Part shown: piece after piece, positions 7,680 to 17,590 of the stretch
Layout: each line of letters begins with the position of its first letter
Position numbering within the stretch: the first letter of the stretch is position 1
NCBI GenBank assembly: GCA_023394035.1
Contig: JAEXBK010000071.1
Location: 1 to 44,679, forward strand
From: Bacillota bacterium
Lineage (GTDB): Bacteria; Bacillota; Clostridia; Peptostreptococcales; Anaerovoracaceae
Direction of reading: 5' to 3'
Length of the DNA stretch: 44,679 bases
Translations under genes and position numbers: made by a program
Notes under the pieces: generated by a model
Told to the model about the DNA's origin: nothing
Database searches by the model: none
What the model saw: the letters and a program-made list of their open reading frames with translations, nothing else

Positions 7680-8816
7680 TCATCTGTAGCTTCCGAGTTT
7701 CCTGAATCCTTCTACAGCCTCTTTCAGTTTTTCTGCCGTATAGTCCATTTCTTCGACCGTGTTATACATGCCGAAGCTGAAGCGTATGGCACCCTCCGTT
7801 TCCTTGTCGCTCAAGCCCATCGCCTTGAGAACGTGGCTCGCACCTTTTTTCCCTGAGGAACAGGCTGAGCCTGACGATACCATTATTCCGGACTGCTCCA
7901 GCCTGTGAAGTATTACTTCAGACCTCGTTCCTAAGAACGAAACGTTCAAAATAGCACTTGAACCGTTCTCAGGGCTGTTTATCCTTATATCGCTTATACT
8001 GTCATTTATATTGCTAAGAAGCCTTTCCTTTGCAGTTGCAATGCTTCTGCGTATGGATTCTTTGTTTTTAAGATAATGTTCCGCCGCTATTCCAAAGCCG
8101 ACGATTCCCGGAATATTCTCTGTTCCAGAGCGCAAGCCCTTTTCCTGCCCACCACCGAAAAGAATCGGCAGAGGCTTTGACCTTTTTGAAAAACAAAGCG
8201 CGCCTACGCCCTTCGGTCCATGTATTTTATGTGCACTCAGCGAAATCATATCTGCATAACCGGCTTTTATGTCTGTTTTCCCAAAGCCCTGGACAGCATC
8301 CGTATGAAAAGCAGCCTCTCCTTTAAGAGCATTTATTTCTTTTACAGGCATTATGCTTCCGGTTTCGTTATTTACGCTCATTATTGATATAAGCACGGTT
8401 TTTTCGTTAATACATGCCTTCAGTTCTTCAAGGTCTATCATGCAGCTTTTGTCTACATTCAGGTAATGAACCTTTGCGCCAAGGGTTTCAAGATGCCTGC
8501 ACGCTTCGAGAACCGCAGGATGCTCAACCTTACTTGTAATGATCTCATTGCCTTTTCTCATACGGCTTCTGTATGCTCCGATAATTGCGAGGTTGTCGCT
8601 TTCTGTACCGCATGACGTAAATACAATTTCCGACGGATCCGCATCAATAGCTAATGCAATTCTCGCCCTGGCTTTTTTCAGTTCTTTTTCGGCGTTTAAC
8701 CCGAATGAATGAAGCGATGACGAATTTCCGTATTCATTCGTCATTACATTCATCATTTCTCTTGCAGCTTCCTCCGACACTCTCGTCGTTGCGCTGTTGT
8801 CAAGATAAACAACCAT
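7680..8816 (-). CDS. iscS: Cysteine desulfurase (IscS/NifZ type, ThiI partner)
   Basis: YLDNSATT, FTSCGTESDN, HTDAVQ, SAHKIHGPKG and SSGSACSS. Start ATG 8816 follows RBS GGAGG. Confidence 0.92.
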   Translation of the reverse strand: MVVYLDNSATTRVSEEAAREMMNVMTNEYGNSSSLHSFGLNAEKELKKARARIALAIDADPSEIVFTSCGTESDNLAIIGAYRSRMRKGNEIITSKVEHPAVLEACRHLETLGAKVHYLNVDKSCMIDLEELKACINEKTVLISIMSVNNETGSIMPVKEINALKGEAAFHTDAVQGFGKTDIKAGYADMISLSAHKIHGPKGVGALCFSKRSKPLPILFGGGQEKGLRSGTENIPGIVGFGIAAEHYLKNKESIRRSIATAKERLLSNINDSISDIRINSPENGSSAILNVSFLGTRSEVILHRLEQSGIMVSSGSACSSGKKGASHVLKAMGLSDKETEGAIRFSFGMYNTVEEMDYTAEKLKEAVEGFRKLGSYR

Positions 8817-8829
8817 CTGTTTCCTCCGT

Positions 8830-8857
8830 AAAAAATGCTCCCCGCAAGCGGGGAGCA
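8830..8857 (-). terminator. Intrinsic terminator after rny
   Basis: TGCTCCCCGC-AA-GCGGGGAGCA with a U6 tract on the - strand. Confidence 0.8.
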
Positions 8858-8875
8858 AAATCTTGATTGTTATCG

Positions 8876-10429
8876 CTATTTAGCGTAGTCTATAGCTCTT
8901 GTCTCTCTGACTACATTAACCTTAATCTGTCCCGGATATTCAAGTTCCGATTCAATCTTCTTCGATATGTCTCTTGCAAGAAGTGCAATGCAATCGTCAC
9001 TGACCTCATCAGGGTTCGCGATTATTCTGATTTCACGACCTGCCTGAATAGCAAATGATTTTTCCACTCCAGGCGTTGTGTTGGCAATTTCCTCAAGCTT
9101 TTCGAGACGCTTGATATATACATCAAGTGTTTCGCGCCTTGCACCTGGCCTTGCAGCGGAAAGTGCGTCTGCCGCAGCAATAAGCACAGCCTCTGCCGAG
9201 GTCGGTTCATAGTCTCCGTGATGAGCCGCCATCGCATTTATAACGGCATCGGTTTCCTTGTATTTCTTGAGTACCGAGATTCCGATATCAACGTGAGTAC
9301 CCTCAAACTCGTGGTCGAGAGCTTTGCCTATGTCGTGAAGAAGTCCCGCACGCTTTGCAAGCTTGACATTCATTCCGAGCTCTCCTGCCATGAGACCGGC
9401 AAGATGAGCAACCTCTACCGAGTGATTAAGCACATTCTGCCCATATGAGGTACGGTATTTGAGACGACCTATCAGCTTGATAAGCTCAGGATGGAGATTA
9501 TGTATACCAACTTCGAATGTAGCTCTTTCGCCTTCTTCTTTGATGATATTGTTTACCTCGCGTTCAGCCTTGTTTACCATTTCCTCTATGCGAGCCGGAT
9601 GTATTCTTCCGTCTGTTATGAGCTTCTCGAGAGCTACTCTTGCGATTTCGCGTCTTACAGGATCAAAGCCCGAGATTATAACAGCTTCAGGCGTATCGTC
9701 TATGATAAGGTCTACACCGGTCTGAGTTTCTATAGCTCTGATGTTTCGACCTTCTCTTCCGATTATACGTCCCTTCATTTCATCGTTAGGAAGCGGTACT
9801 ACAGATACTGTTGATTCTGCAACCTGATCTGCCGCACATCTCTGAATTGCTCCTACGATTATTCCCTTTGCCTTTGTTTCGGCTTCTTCTTTTGCCTTCG
9901 CTTCTATATCCTTTATCATGAGCGAAGCATCATGGCGAACGTCTTTTTCGATTTCCTCGAGCAGAATCTGCTTCGCCTCGTCTGCCGTAAGTCCGGAAAT
10001 TCTCTCGAGCTCTACTACCTTCTTTTCGAGGAAACTGTCGATTTCTTTTTTCTTGGCAGCTATTTCCTGTTGCTGACGATTGATGTTTTCTTCTTTTTTC
10101 TCAATTCCTTCAAGCTTGCGATCTACGGATTCTTCTTTCTGAGTAATCCTGCGCTCTGTACGATTGATCTCGTTTCTTCTCTCTCTTACCTCTTTGTCAA
10201 CTTCGTTTCTTAAGCGGTGAGCCTCTTCTTTTGCTTCAAGGATCTTTTCCTTTTCGATCGTTTCGGATTTTTTCTCTGCGTCAAGAATCAGATTTTTCGC
10301 CTTCTGTTCTGCGCTTCCGATTATCTTTTCACTTACATTTTTTCTGTAAATATATCCGATGAACAGTCCAAGGACCAGAGTAATAAACGCAATTATCAGT
10401 GATATTATTAGTGATACTGGTGTTCCCAC
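8876..10429 (-). CDS. rny: Ribonuclease Y
   Basis: N-terminal TM helix, coiled coil, KH domain ([13 protein letters not shown]) and HD domain (LLHDIGK). GTG start after GGAGGTG. Confidence 0.97.
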   Translation of the reverse strand: MGTPVSLIISLIIAFITLVLGLFIGYIYRKNVSEKIIGSAEQKAKNLILDAEKKSETIEKEKILEAKEEAHRLRNEVDKEVRERRNEINRTERRITQKEESVDRKLEGIEKKEENINRQQQEIAAKKKEIDSFLEKKVVELERISGLTADEAKQILLEEIEKDVRHDASLMIKDIEAKAKEEAETKAKGIIVGAIQRCAADQVAESTVSVVPLPNDEMKGRIIGREGRNIRAIETQTGVDLIIDDTPEAVIISGFDPVRREIARVALEKLITDGRIHPARIEEMVNKAEREVNNIIKEEGERATFEVGIHNLHPELIKLIGRLKYRTSYGQNVLNHSVEVAHLAGLMAGELGMNVKLAKRAGLLHDIGKALDHEFEGTHVDIGISVLKKYKETDAVINAMAAHHGDYEPTSAEAVLIAAADALSAARPGARRETLDVYIKRLEKLEEIANTTPGVEKSFAIQAGREIRIIANPDEVSDDCIALLARDISKKIESELEYPGQIKVNVVRETRAIDYAK

Positions 10430-10498
10430 TGATGCACCTCCTTCTTTATTGACTTGTCTTTATTTTTAAGGCTTAAATGTGCCTGTTCAATATAGAAC

Positions 10499-10550
10499 TT
10501 GCCATACTTCAACAAATTATATTATAATGTTCAATAAGATAAAATGTCAA
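10499..10550. promoter_or_regulatory. Divergent promoter pair for rodA (+) and rny (-) sharing a palindromic -10
   Basis: + strand: TTGCCA (10499-10504), 18 nt, TATAAT (10523-10528). - strand: TTGACA (10550-10545), 18 nt, TATAAT (10526-10521). Confidence 0.6.
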
Positions 10551-10568
10551 GAATCTTGGAGTAAAAGC

Positions 10569-11672
10569 ATGAACTATTTTTCATATATTCGAAAAAATGT
10601 TGATAAAACGGTCTGCATTATAGTTGCGGCACTTGCAGGCTTAAGCATCCTGATGATAGGAAGCACAACCGTGGATGTAAACTTCTTTTCACGCAGCGTA
10701 ATCGTTCAGACTGCGGCATATATAATCGGTATATGCGCTATAATCGTATTGATGCGCTATAACTATACTATATTTCAGGATATAACAAAGTGGATCTATA
10801 TCGGTTCCGTTCTTTTCCTGCTTACGGTATATATTCCGGGTCTCGGGAAAGAGCAGTTCGGATCTCGTGCATGGATAAGCTTGGGCGTCACTGATTTTCA
10901 GCCGTCAGAGCTCGTCAAGATTACCTTTTTGTTCATAATGGCTGACTACCTGACAAAGAATCAGGATAAGCTTTACGACTTTAAGTCCGTCGTAAAAGCC
11001 GCTCTCATAGCCGCCCCTATTATACTGATAGTTCTTAAAGAGGATCTCGGAAGCGCCCTCGTTTTCATTTCCATTTGGATAGTCATGGTATTTTTCGCAG
11101 GTGTAAACGTAAAAGCCTTCGCAAAGCTCTTTGCACTTGGCGCAACCATGGTGCCTGTTGCATATCTCTTTATGGCAGATTATCAGAAGCAGCGTATCGA
11201 AGCCTTCCTTCACCCCGAAAACCTGAGTCTTTACGGGAACTGGCAGGTATGGCAATCAAAGGTCGCAATCGGCTCCGGCGGTCTATTCGGCAAGGGGCTT
11301 TTTAACGGCACACAAAAAAGTCTGGACTTCATTCCGGTCCAGACAAGCGATTTTATATTTTCAGTTATAGGCGAAGAGCTCGGTCTTCTCGGCGGTCTTA
11401 TTGTAATAAGCCTTTACGGCGTTCTGTTAGTCAGGGTCATGCACATAGTCCGCGGCTCCGTTGATTTTTACGGTGCGCTCATAGCCTCCGGGATAATAGG
11501 AATGTTGATATTCCAAATCTTCGAAAACATAGCCATGACTATGGGGTTGATGCCGGTAACAGGAATCACTCTTCCTTTCCTGAGCTATGGAGGCTCTTCC
11601 GTCGTGTCTAACATGATAGCAATAGGGCTCATCCTAAACATTGCTTCAAGAAGCAAAAAGATCAAATTCTGA
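10569..11672 (+). CDS. rodA: Rod shape-determining protein RodA (SEDS peptidoglycan glycosyltransferase)
   Basis: GSRAWI, FQPSELVK, EDLGSA, YQKQRI, QSKVAIGSGG, SDFIFSVIGEE and GITLPFLSYGGSS. ATG 10569 follows GGAG. RodA preferred over FtsW from motif style and adjacency to mrdA. Confidence 0.85.
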   Translation: MNYFSYIRKNVDKTVCIIVAALAGLSILMIGSTTVDVNFFSRSVIVQTAAYIIGICAIIVLMRYNYTIFQDITKWIYIGSVLFLLTVYIPGLGKEQFGSRAWISLGVTDFQPSELVKITFLFIMADYLTKNQDKLYDFKSVVKAALIAAPIILIVLKEDLGSALVFISIWIVMVFFAGVNVKAFAKLFALGATMVPVAYLFMADYQKQRIEAFLHPENLSLYGNWQVWQSKVAIGSGGLFGKGLFNGTQKSLDFIPVQTSDFIFSVIGEELGLLGGLIVISLYGVLLVRVMHIVRGSVDFYGALIASGIIGMLIFQIFENIAMTMGLMPVTGITLPFLSYGGSSVVSNMIAIGLILNIASRSKKIKF

Positions 11673-12413
11673 TTATTTAAGTCCCTCGTATTTTTCGTTC
11701 AGCAGTCTTTCTGCTATGTTAATGAAATTTTCCTCTATATATGTCCCTTTTTTGAGAACGATAGGTATACCGAGATTCGTTGATATTTTTATGTTCTGAT
11801 CGTTATGTATCACGCCTGCAAGAGGGGCTTTCAGCATTGCCGTAATTTCTCTGAGCTTCGGAGCATACCCTGCCGCCATAAGCTCGGCATCAACATTATT
11901 TATGACAAGATGTCGTTTCTCTATTCCGAGAGAAACTATCTGTCTGTCAAGCGTATCGGCATCTCTGATTGACGAATAGTCAGGGTTAACCACAAGGATT
12001 GCCTCATCAGCACCTGCTGAAGCAAGTACAAGCGCATCATCTATACCGGAAGGTGAATCTATTATTATATAATCATAGAGCTCGCTCAATTTTTTGCACA
12101 ATACCTTCATATGGAGAGGCGTAAGGCATCCGTCGCTTCTTGTCGGTGAGGCTGCCATAATATAGAGATTTTCAAATCTTTTATCTCTGATAAGAGCCTG
12201 CTTTATTCTGCAAAGTCCTGTCAGGACATCATAAACATCATATACGACGTTATTCTCAAGTCCAAAATAAAGGTCGAGGTTTCTAAGTCCCATATCAAGG
12301 TCTATCAAAACCACACTGAAGCCTTTTCTCGCTAATGTCGCTCCGAAATTGACAGAAAACATCGTCTTTCCTGTCCCCCCTTTGCCGGAAGCCACAACAT
12401 AAACCTTACCCAT
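11673..12413 (-). CDS. minD: Septum site-determining ATPase MinD (short C-terminus)
   Basis: Deviant Walker A SGKGGTGKT, DLDMGLRNLD, IIDSPSGI and SSIRDAD. ATG 12413 follows GGAGG. Confidence 0.85.
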   Translation of the reverse strand: MGKVYVVASGKGGTGKTMFSVNFGATLARKGFSVVLIDLDMGLRNLDLYFGLENNVVYDVYDVLTGLCRIKQALIRDKRFENLYIMAASPTRSDGCLTPLHMKVLCKKLSELYDYIIIDSPSGIDDALVLASAGADEAILVVNPDYSSIRDADTLDRQIVSLGIEKRHLVINNVDAELMAAGYAPKLREITAMLKAPLAGVIHNDQNIKISTNLGIPIVLKKGTYIEENFINIAERLLNEKYEGLK

Positions 12414-12437
12414 TCTTTCCTCCAACCGTTTATTACA

Positions 12438-15176
12438 TCACTGCCATTTATTCGAGCCGGTATTTTCTGTCCCTACGTGCTTCTTTTCTACACCGGTGTT
12501 ATTCTCAAAATACGCTTTATAAATGTCTGCTACCGGTTCACCCACTTCTGAAGCAAGTCCCCCCTCCGGCAGCATAATTACGACACACACCTGAGGATCG
12601 TCCTTAGGTGCAAGGGTAACTATCCACGCAAAATCATCGTAAGTTTCTTTATACCTGTTTATGATATTCATCGTAATGTTGTAATCGCTCACTTCGATCA
12701 GCGCATCATCTATTACGTTTTCCTCTGTCAGATATTCATCTGCCTTTTTGATTAGCTCTTTTGCCTTCTCCTGTACCTGATCCCACGTAACTGAAGTTCC
12801 GGCATATGAGTTGATTTCCTCTAAATGCTCCTTAAGGTATTCAACTTCGCTTTCAGGCTGCTTAATAGCCTGATACTGAGCCGTTCCTGTTTTTCCTATG
12901 ACGTCATATGGAAGTGTACCGAGATTTGCGGCAAGACTTCCCTTTAAGCATACGCGCCTCATACCCGTCTTTACGGCTTCTATGTCCTCCTTCGGGGTAT
13001 TCGTATTAAAAGGCTCCGGCTTTATGGTCTTCCCCTTACCTTCAACACCGTATACGAGATTTACATTATTTCTTATTCCGTCATTTCCTATAGTTGCTAT
13101 ATAGTTTGCCACCTGTATAGGAGTATATGCGTTGTCACCCTGACCGATTGATACGTTAAATACGTCAAATTCGGTCCATTTTGTAAAATTGAAATAATCG
13201 AATTTTACCATCATGGCGCATGCTTCCGCCTGATCCTCGAGAACATCGGTCTTTGTTCTCACAAGCTCAGTCAGCTCATTAAACTCCGGATTGTCGTAAA
13301 TCCAACCTACGATAGTTGAAATATTCTTCGAAAGCTTGTCTTTGTCATTATATACCTCCGGCGGGAAGTATACTCTTGCTTTTTCGTATAACGCATATGA
13401 AAGTGACTGTTTATATGCCTCGGTTTTCTTTTCCTTAGATACGCCGGGTCTTACGGTTTCGCCTATTTCTATTCCGGTCGGCTGGTCAAGTCCATAGTCA
13501 TGTGCTTTTGCTATTATATCATCTATTGAAATATCTTTGTGGTATCCAAGAGATGTTTCGTTTATATAATCCCAGTTTGTTGCTATACATGCAAAATAGT
13601 AGTTGCATGAATTGCCCATTCCGTATTCGAGATCTTCAAATCCGTCAGTTCCCTTATAAGCATTCCATGTATAACAACCGAAAACGGATGTGCCTATCTT
13701 GATGAAGCCTTTGTCCTGTATCCTTAGATTCGGGTTAAGTCCGCAGCTGAGAGCTGTTATCGCCGTAAGAGGCTTAAATGTCGATCCCGGCGACACCGCA
13801 GCTCTTGTAGCATTATTAAAAAGCGGTGCAGGCGAAAATGCCGCACGAGGATTTTCCGGCTGCACGGCAGCCCATTCCTTTGAGGATATGCCGTCGGCAA
13901 AGGAATTTATGTCAAAGTCGGGATAGCTCGCCATCGCAAGCACATCGGCAGTCTTGACATCAAGTACAACCGCAGCTCCGCTTCTTGCATGTTCCGTTCC
14001 TTTGACGGCTTTTTCGAGAGCTTTTTCGACCGCCTGCTGAAGCTTTAGCTGCATAGTAAGATAAACATCATTACCTTTTTTGCCTTCGTTCTCGTTCAGG
14101 GTAGAAACATATTCACCGTTGCTATTGATCATTATGGTTTTTACGCCTGCTGTACCGTGCAGAGATTCCTCCATGGCACCTTCTATTCCGTCCTTACCGA
14201 CAAGATCAGTTGTTAGGTAGTTTCTATCCTTGATGTAATAATCCGATTCGCTTTCTGAAATCGAGCCTAAATATCCTATTATGTGGCATGCCGTTTTACC
14301 GTTAGGATAGTAACGCTCCGTCTCCGGTGAAACGGTTACCCCTGCAAGATTCTGTTCTTCGAAATATATTACGCTTTGGTTACTTATGCCTACGGCAATC
14401 GTAATCGGAAGATAACGCTTAAAGTTTTGCTCCGAGATCTTGTTTCTTACGACAAATATTTTTCTTGCTTCAGTATCCGAAAGGTTTTTGTCTACATAAT
14501 AAGATTCTCTGAGCTCTTCGAAGCATTTCTTTGGGTCGATGCCTTTGCTCACATCATTTTTGCTGAAGCCGAATCGCAAAAGAAAGTTTTCGAGATCGGA
14601 TTCAAATGTAAACTTCATCTTCTTTATGTTTATAGGAAGATATATGTTGTATCGTTCGTTAAGGGTCTTGTTTGCCTCATATCTATCGGCCTTAGGATCT
14701 ATCGAGTATGTTGTCCTGTAATTATTAAATACGTCTTCGGCTGTAGCCTCAGGAGAAAAATTATGATTCCTGAGCCATTCGCTCTGTTCATTTTTGTATG
14801 TATATGTGAAGTTTCCGTTTTCGTCTATGAGAACCGGAAAGTCATCGATAAACTCTTCGTTGTTCTCCATAAGCTTATTTATCAAAAGCAGCGAAGAATT
14901 ATTTATCTCTTCTGTCGTAAGATTGCTTGGATTAAAAACTGCCGCAAAGATCTGTCTGTTTCCCGCAAGCAGATTGCCGTCCCTGTCGTATATATTCCCT
15001 CGCGGCGCAGGAGTATATATAGTCTTGGTGTTCTGCGTGTTTTCGGCAGATGACCACTTCTCATGCTGGACTATAGTCAGCACAAACAGCCTTCCCGAAA
15101 GAAGGAGCATAAGTATAACTATAATAGTTACTATATTTCTATATCTTGAATCTATTTTTTTGAGCTTTTCGTTCAT
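12438..15176 (-). CDS. mrdA: Class B penicillin-binding protein 2 (elongasome transpeptidase)
   Basis: N-terminal TM, APRGNIYDR, RYYP, GKDGIE, catalytic PGSTFK (SxxK), SCN (SxN) and KTG; follows mreD. Confidence 0.9.
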   Translation of the reverse strand: MNEKLKKIDSRYRNIVTIIVILMLLLSGRLFVLTIVQHEKWSSAENTQNTKTIYTPAPRGNIYDRDGNLLAGNRQIFAAVFNPSNLTTEEINNSSLLLINKLMENNEEFIDDFPVLIDENGNFTYTYKNEQSEWLRNHNFSPEATAEDVFNNYRTTYSIDPKADRYEANKTLNERYNIYLPINIKKMKFTFESDLENFLLRFGFSKNDVSKGIDPKKCFEELRESYYVDKNLSDTEARKIFVVRNKISEQNFKRYLPITIAVGISNQSVIYFEEQNLAGVTVSPETERYYPNGKTACHIIGYLGSISESESDYYIKDRNYLTTDLVGKDGIEGAMEESLHGTAGVKTIMINSNGEYVSTLNENEGKKGNDVYLTMQLKLQQAVEKALEKAVKGTEHARSGAAVVLDVKTADVLAMASYPDFDINSFADGISSKEWAAVQPENPRAAFSPAPLFNNATRAAVSPGSTFKPLTAITALSCGLNPNLRIQDKGFIKIGTSVFGCYTWNAYKGTDGFEDLEYGMGNSCNYYFACIATNWDYINETSLGYHKDISIDDIIAKAHDYGLDQPTGIEIGETVRPGVSKEKKTEAYKQSLSYALYEKARVYFPPEVYNDKDKLSKNISTIVGWIYDNPEFNELTELVRTKTDVLEDQAEACAMMVKFDYFNFTKWTEFDVFNVSIGQGDNAYTPIQVANYIATIGNDGIRNNVNLVYGVEGKGKTIKPEPFNTNTPKEDIEAVKTGMRRVCLKGSLAANLGTLPYDVIGKTGTAQYQAIKQPESEVEYLKEHLEEINSYAGTSVTWDQVQEKAKELIKKADEYLTEENVIDDALIEVSDYNITMNIINRYKETYDDFAWIVTLAPKDDPQVCVVIMLPEGGLASEVGEPVADIYKAYFENNTGVEKKHVGTENTGSNKWQ

Positions 15177-15676
15177 TCAAAATACCTGTTTCTTCGTACT
15201 CTCTTTACATCTTTTGCAATAAATGCAAGGATTATAACGGTTATAAGAAAATCAAGTAGTACAGCCTTATGGATCATCTTCATCATGTGCAATATGCTCC
15301 ATTTGGAGCCGAGGACAGCGTAAAGTGCCCATACAGAAAAGTTATATATGGTTATTGCGGAAACCGCTGCCGCAGCATCCGCAATAATATTTTCGACATT
15401 TATTCTATGCTTCAAAAATCTCACAAATAGAGCCGTTACGGTATATGCGAGAGCCGTTACGCCTACAAACTGTGCGTTAAAAGAATCTATTACAAGAGAC
15501 GATATACTTGCTGCGGCAAAAAAAGCGGCTGCCCTATCATCCTCCATCGCAAGAACAGCGACTATTATAAGACATAATCCCGGGTTTATCATAATTCCGC
15601 TCGGAAGCAAAAATACGATAACCGGGTGAAGCAGCAAAACAAACACCAATCCCGCATATAATATTAAGCGCTTCAT
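15173..15676 (-). CDS. mreD: Rod shape-determining protein MreD
   Basis: Polytopic membrane protein of 167 aa between mreC and mrdA, with ATGA overlaps at both ends. Confidence 0.8.
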   Translation of the reverse strand: MKRLILYAGLVFVLLLHPVIVFLLPSGIMINPGLCLIIVAVLAMEDDRAAAFFAAASISSLVIDSFNAQFVGVTALAYTVTALFVRFLKHRINVENIIADAAAAVSAITIYNFSVWALYAVLGSKWSILHMMKMIHKAVLLDFLITVIILAFIAKDVKRVRRNRYFE

Positions 15677-16482
15677 AATATTACACTTACCTTTTCAATC
15701 ACTCTGAAATCAACATCAGAGGTTACAGTGACCTTGATGAGCTGCTGATTGCCGTCGTATTCGAATTTTGATATTTTGCCGATGTATATCCCCTTAGGGT
15801 ATGAACCGAGACCTGATGTTATTATCGCATCCCCCTCTGAAACATCGGCTTTGTTATCAAGCATATATCCGGTGAGGCTTCCGTCGTCATTGCCTTTAAC
15901 GATTCCTATAAGGTTATTGTTGCTCGCAAGGCAAAAGCTTATATGGCTTGCCTCGTCAGTCAAAGGTATTATCTTTGACCACCCGTCACCGCTGTCGCTC
16001 ACCCTGCCCACGAGATTCTTACCGCTTATAACGATATTTCCCGGCTTTATTCCGCTTTCCGTGCCTTTCGGAATAGTAAATGAGTTCGTCCAGTTTTGAC
16101 CGTCAAAAGCGGTAATATCGGATGTAATTATATTTTCTCCGCTCTTTACAAATTCGTAATTCAAAGCCGCTGACAGATTCTCAAGCTTCTTGAGTTCATC
16201 CGCCGTCATAGTAAGGCTTACGACCTCATTACTCAGCTTCTCGTTTTCTTCTTTGAGCTTCTCGTTTTCCGCAAGCAACGATCTGTATTTGAATATACCT
16301 GAAATATTATTTTTTATTGAGTCACCGACGGATACCATAGGTTTTTCTATAGCCGTATATATTTTGTTAAGCCCGTTTACGCCGTTTATTCCGGTACCTA
16401 CTGTAACACCGAGAAGTGCAAGCGTAATCAGGAGCACAAATAAAAGTATCCCTATAAATTTATGTTCCTTAAACCATTTCAT
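15673..16482 (-). CDS. mreC: Rod shape-determining protein MreC
   Basis: TM helix, coiled coil (ENEKLKEENEKL), KGTESGI, LVGRV and TSGLGSYPKGI. ATG 16482 follows GAGGTG. Confidence 0.92.
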   Translation of the reverse strand: MKWFKEHKFIGILLFVLLITLALLGVTVGTGINGVNGLNKIYTAIEKPMVSVGDSIKNNISGIFKYRSLLAENEKLKEENEKLSNEVVSLTMTADELKKLENLSAALNYEFVKSGENIITSDITAFDGQNWTNSFTIPKGTESGIKPGNIVISGKNLVGRVSDSGDGWSKIIPLTDEASHISFCLASNNNLIGIVKGNDDGSLTGYMLDNKADVSEGDAIITSGLGSYPKGIYIGKISKFEYDGNQQLIKVTVTSDVDFRVIEKVSVIL

Positions 16483-16526
16483 ACTTTGCCACCTCATCAA
16501 TTAACAGTATTATAACGAACCCTTAA

Positions 16527-17570
16527 TTATCTGTGTTTTACGCTTGAGGCATGTATCTTCAGGCGTTCTATATCGTTAAGGCTCGTTCCTGTTCCGAGAG
16601 CAACGGATTCGAATGGATTCTCTGCAGTCCTTGCTTTGATTCCTGTCCTTTTTTCTATCAGCTTATCCAGGTTATAGATCATTCCGCCGCCACCTGAAAG
16701 TATCATGCCGTTAGTTGCTATATCTGCCGCTATTTCAGGCGGAGCTTTTTCTATCGTCGCCTTGATGCCGTCGATTATCATGTCAACCGACTCCTGAAGT
16801 CCAAGCATTATGTCTCTGTTTGTTACGTTTATCACCTTAGGAAGTCCGGAAATGATGTCACGACCGCTTGCCTCTACCGTCTTGATAATTTCGTCACCGT
16901 TCTCATCTATATCAAGGCAAGCCGCACCCACCTCCACTTTAAGCTTTTCGGCAGTTTTCTCGCCGATCAGGAAGGCATATCTTTTTCTTATATATTGAAT
17001 TATCGCTTCGTTAAATTTATCTCCGGCATGTCTGATGGATGTGCTTGCAACTATTCCTCCGAGAGCAATTATAGCGATGTCGGTAGTACCTCCTCCGATA
17101 TCGGCGATCATGCACGCGGTGGAGCTGTCAACATCAAGGCCTGCTCCTATCGCAGCTGCCATAGGCTCATCAAGAATATATACCTCTGACGCGCCCATCT
17201 GCCTTACCACTTCTTCAACTGCACGTTTCTCAACCTCAGTTACGCCGCTCGGTACCCCCACAACAACGCGGAAGTTCTTTATTCTGTTTGCTGTCAATGC
17301 TTTGTTTATAAACGCTTTCAGCATATCGGCAGTTCTGTCAAAATCAGATATTACACCATCCTGTAAAGGTCTTACTACAAGTATATTTGAAGGAGCCTTA
17401 CCTATCATCTGCTTTGCCTCATCGCCCACTGCAATTGTAACATTGCGGCGTTTATCGAGTGCTATTACAGACGGCTCATTGAGAATTATTCCGCTGTCCC
17501 TTAAATATATAAGTGTATTTGCAGTACCGAGATCGATACCCATATCCTTTGCTGATAGAAAGTTAAACAT
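16527..17570 (-). CDS. mreB: Rod shape-determining actin homologue MreB
   Basis: GIDLGTANT, EPSV, RPLQDGVI, EPMAAAIGAG and DIGGGTT. Confidence 0.97.
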   Translation of the reverse strand: MFNFLSAKDMGIDLGTANTLIYLRDSGIILNEPSVIALDKRRNVTIAVGDEAKQMIGKAPSNILVVRPLQDGVISDFDRTADMLKAFINKALTANRIKNFRVVVGVPSGVTEVEKRAVEEVVRQMGASEVYILDEPMAAAIGAGLDVDSSTACMIADIGGGTTDIAIIALGGIVASTSIRHAGDKFNEAIIQYIRKRYAFLIGEKTAEKLKVEVGAACLDIDENGDEIIKTVEASGRDIISGLPKVINVTNRDIMLGLQESVDMIIDGIKATIEKAPPEIAADIATNGMILSGGGGMIYNLDKLIEKRTGIKARTAENPFESVALGTGTSLNDIERLKIHASSVKHR

Positions 17571-17590
17571 CTGTTACCTCCGTATTTATC

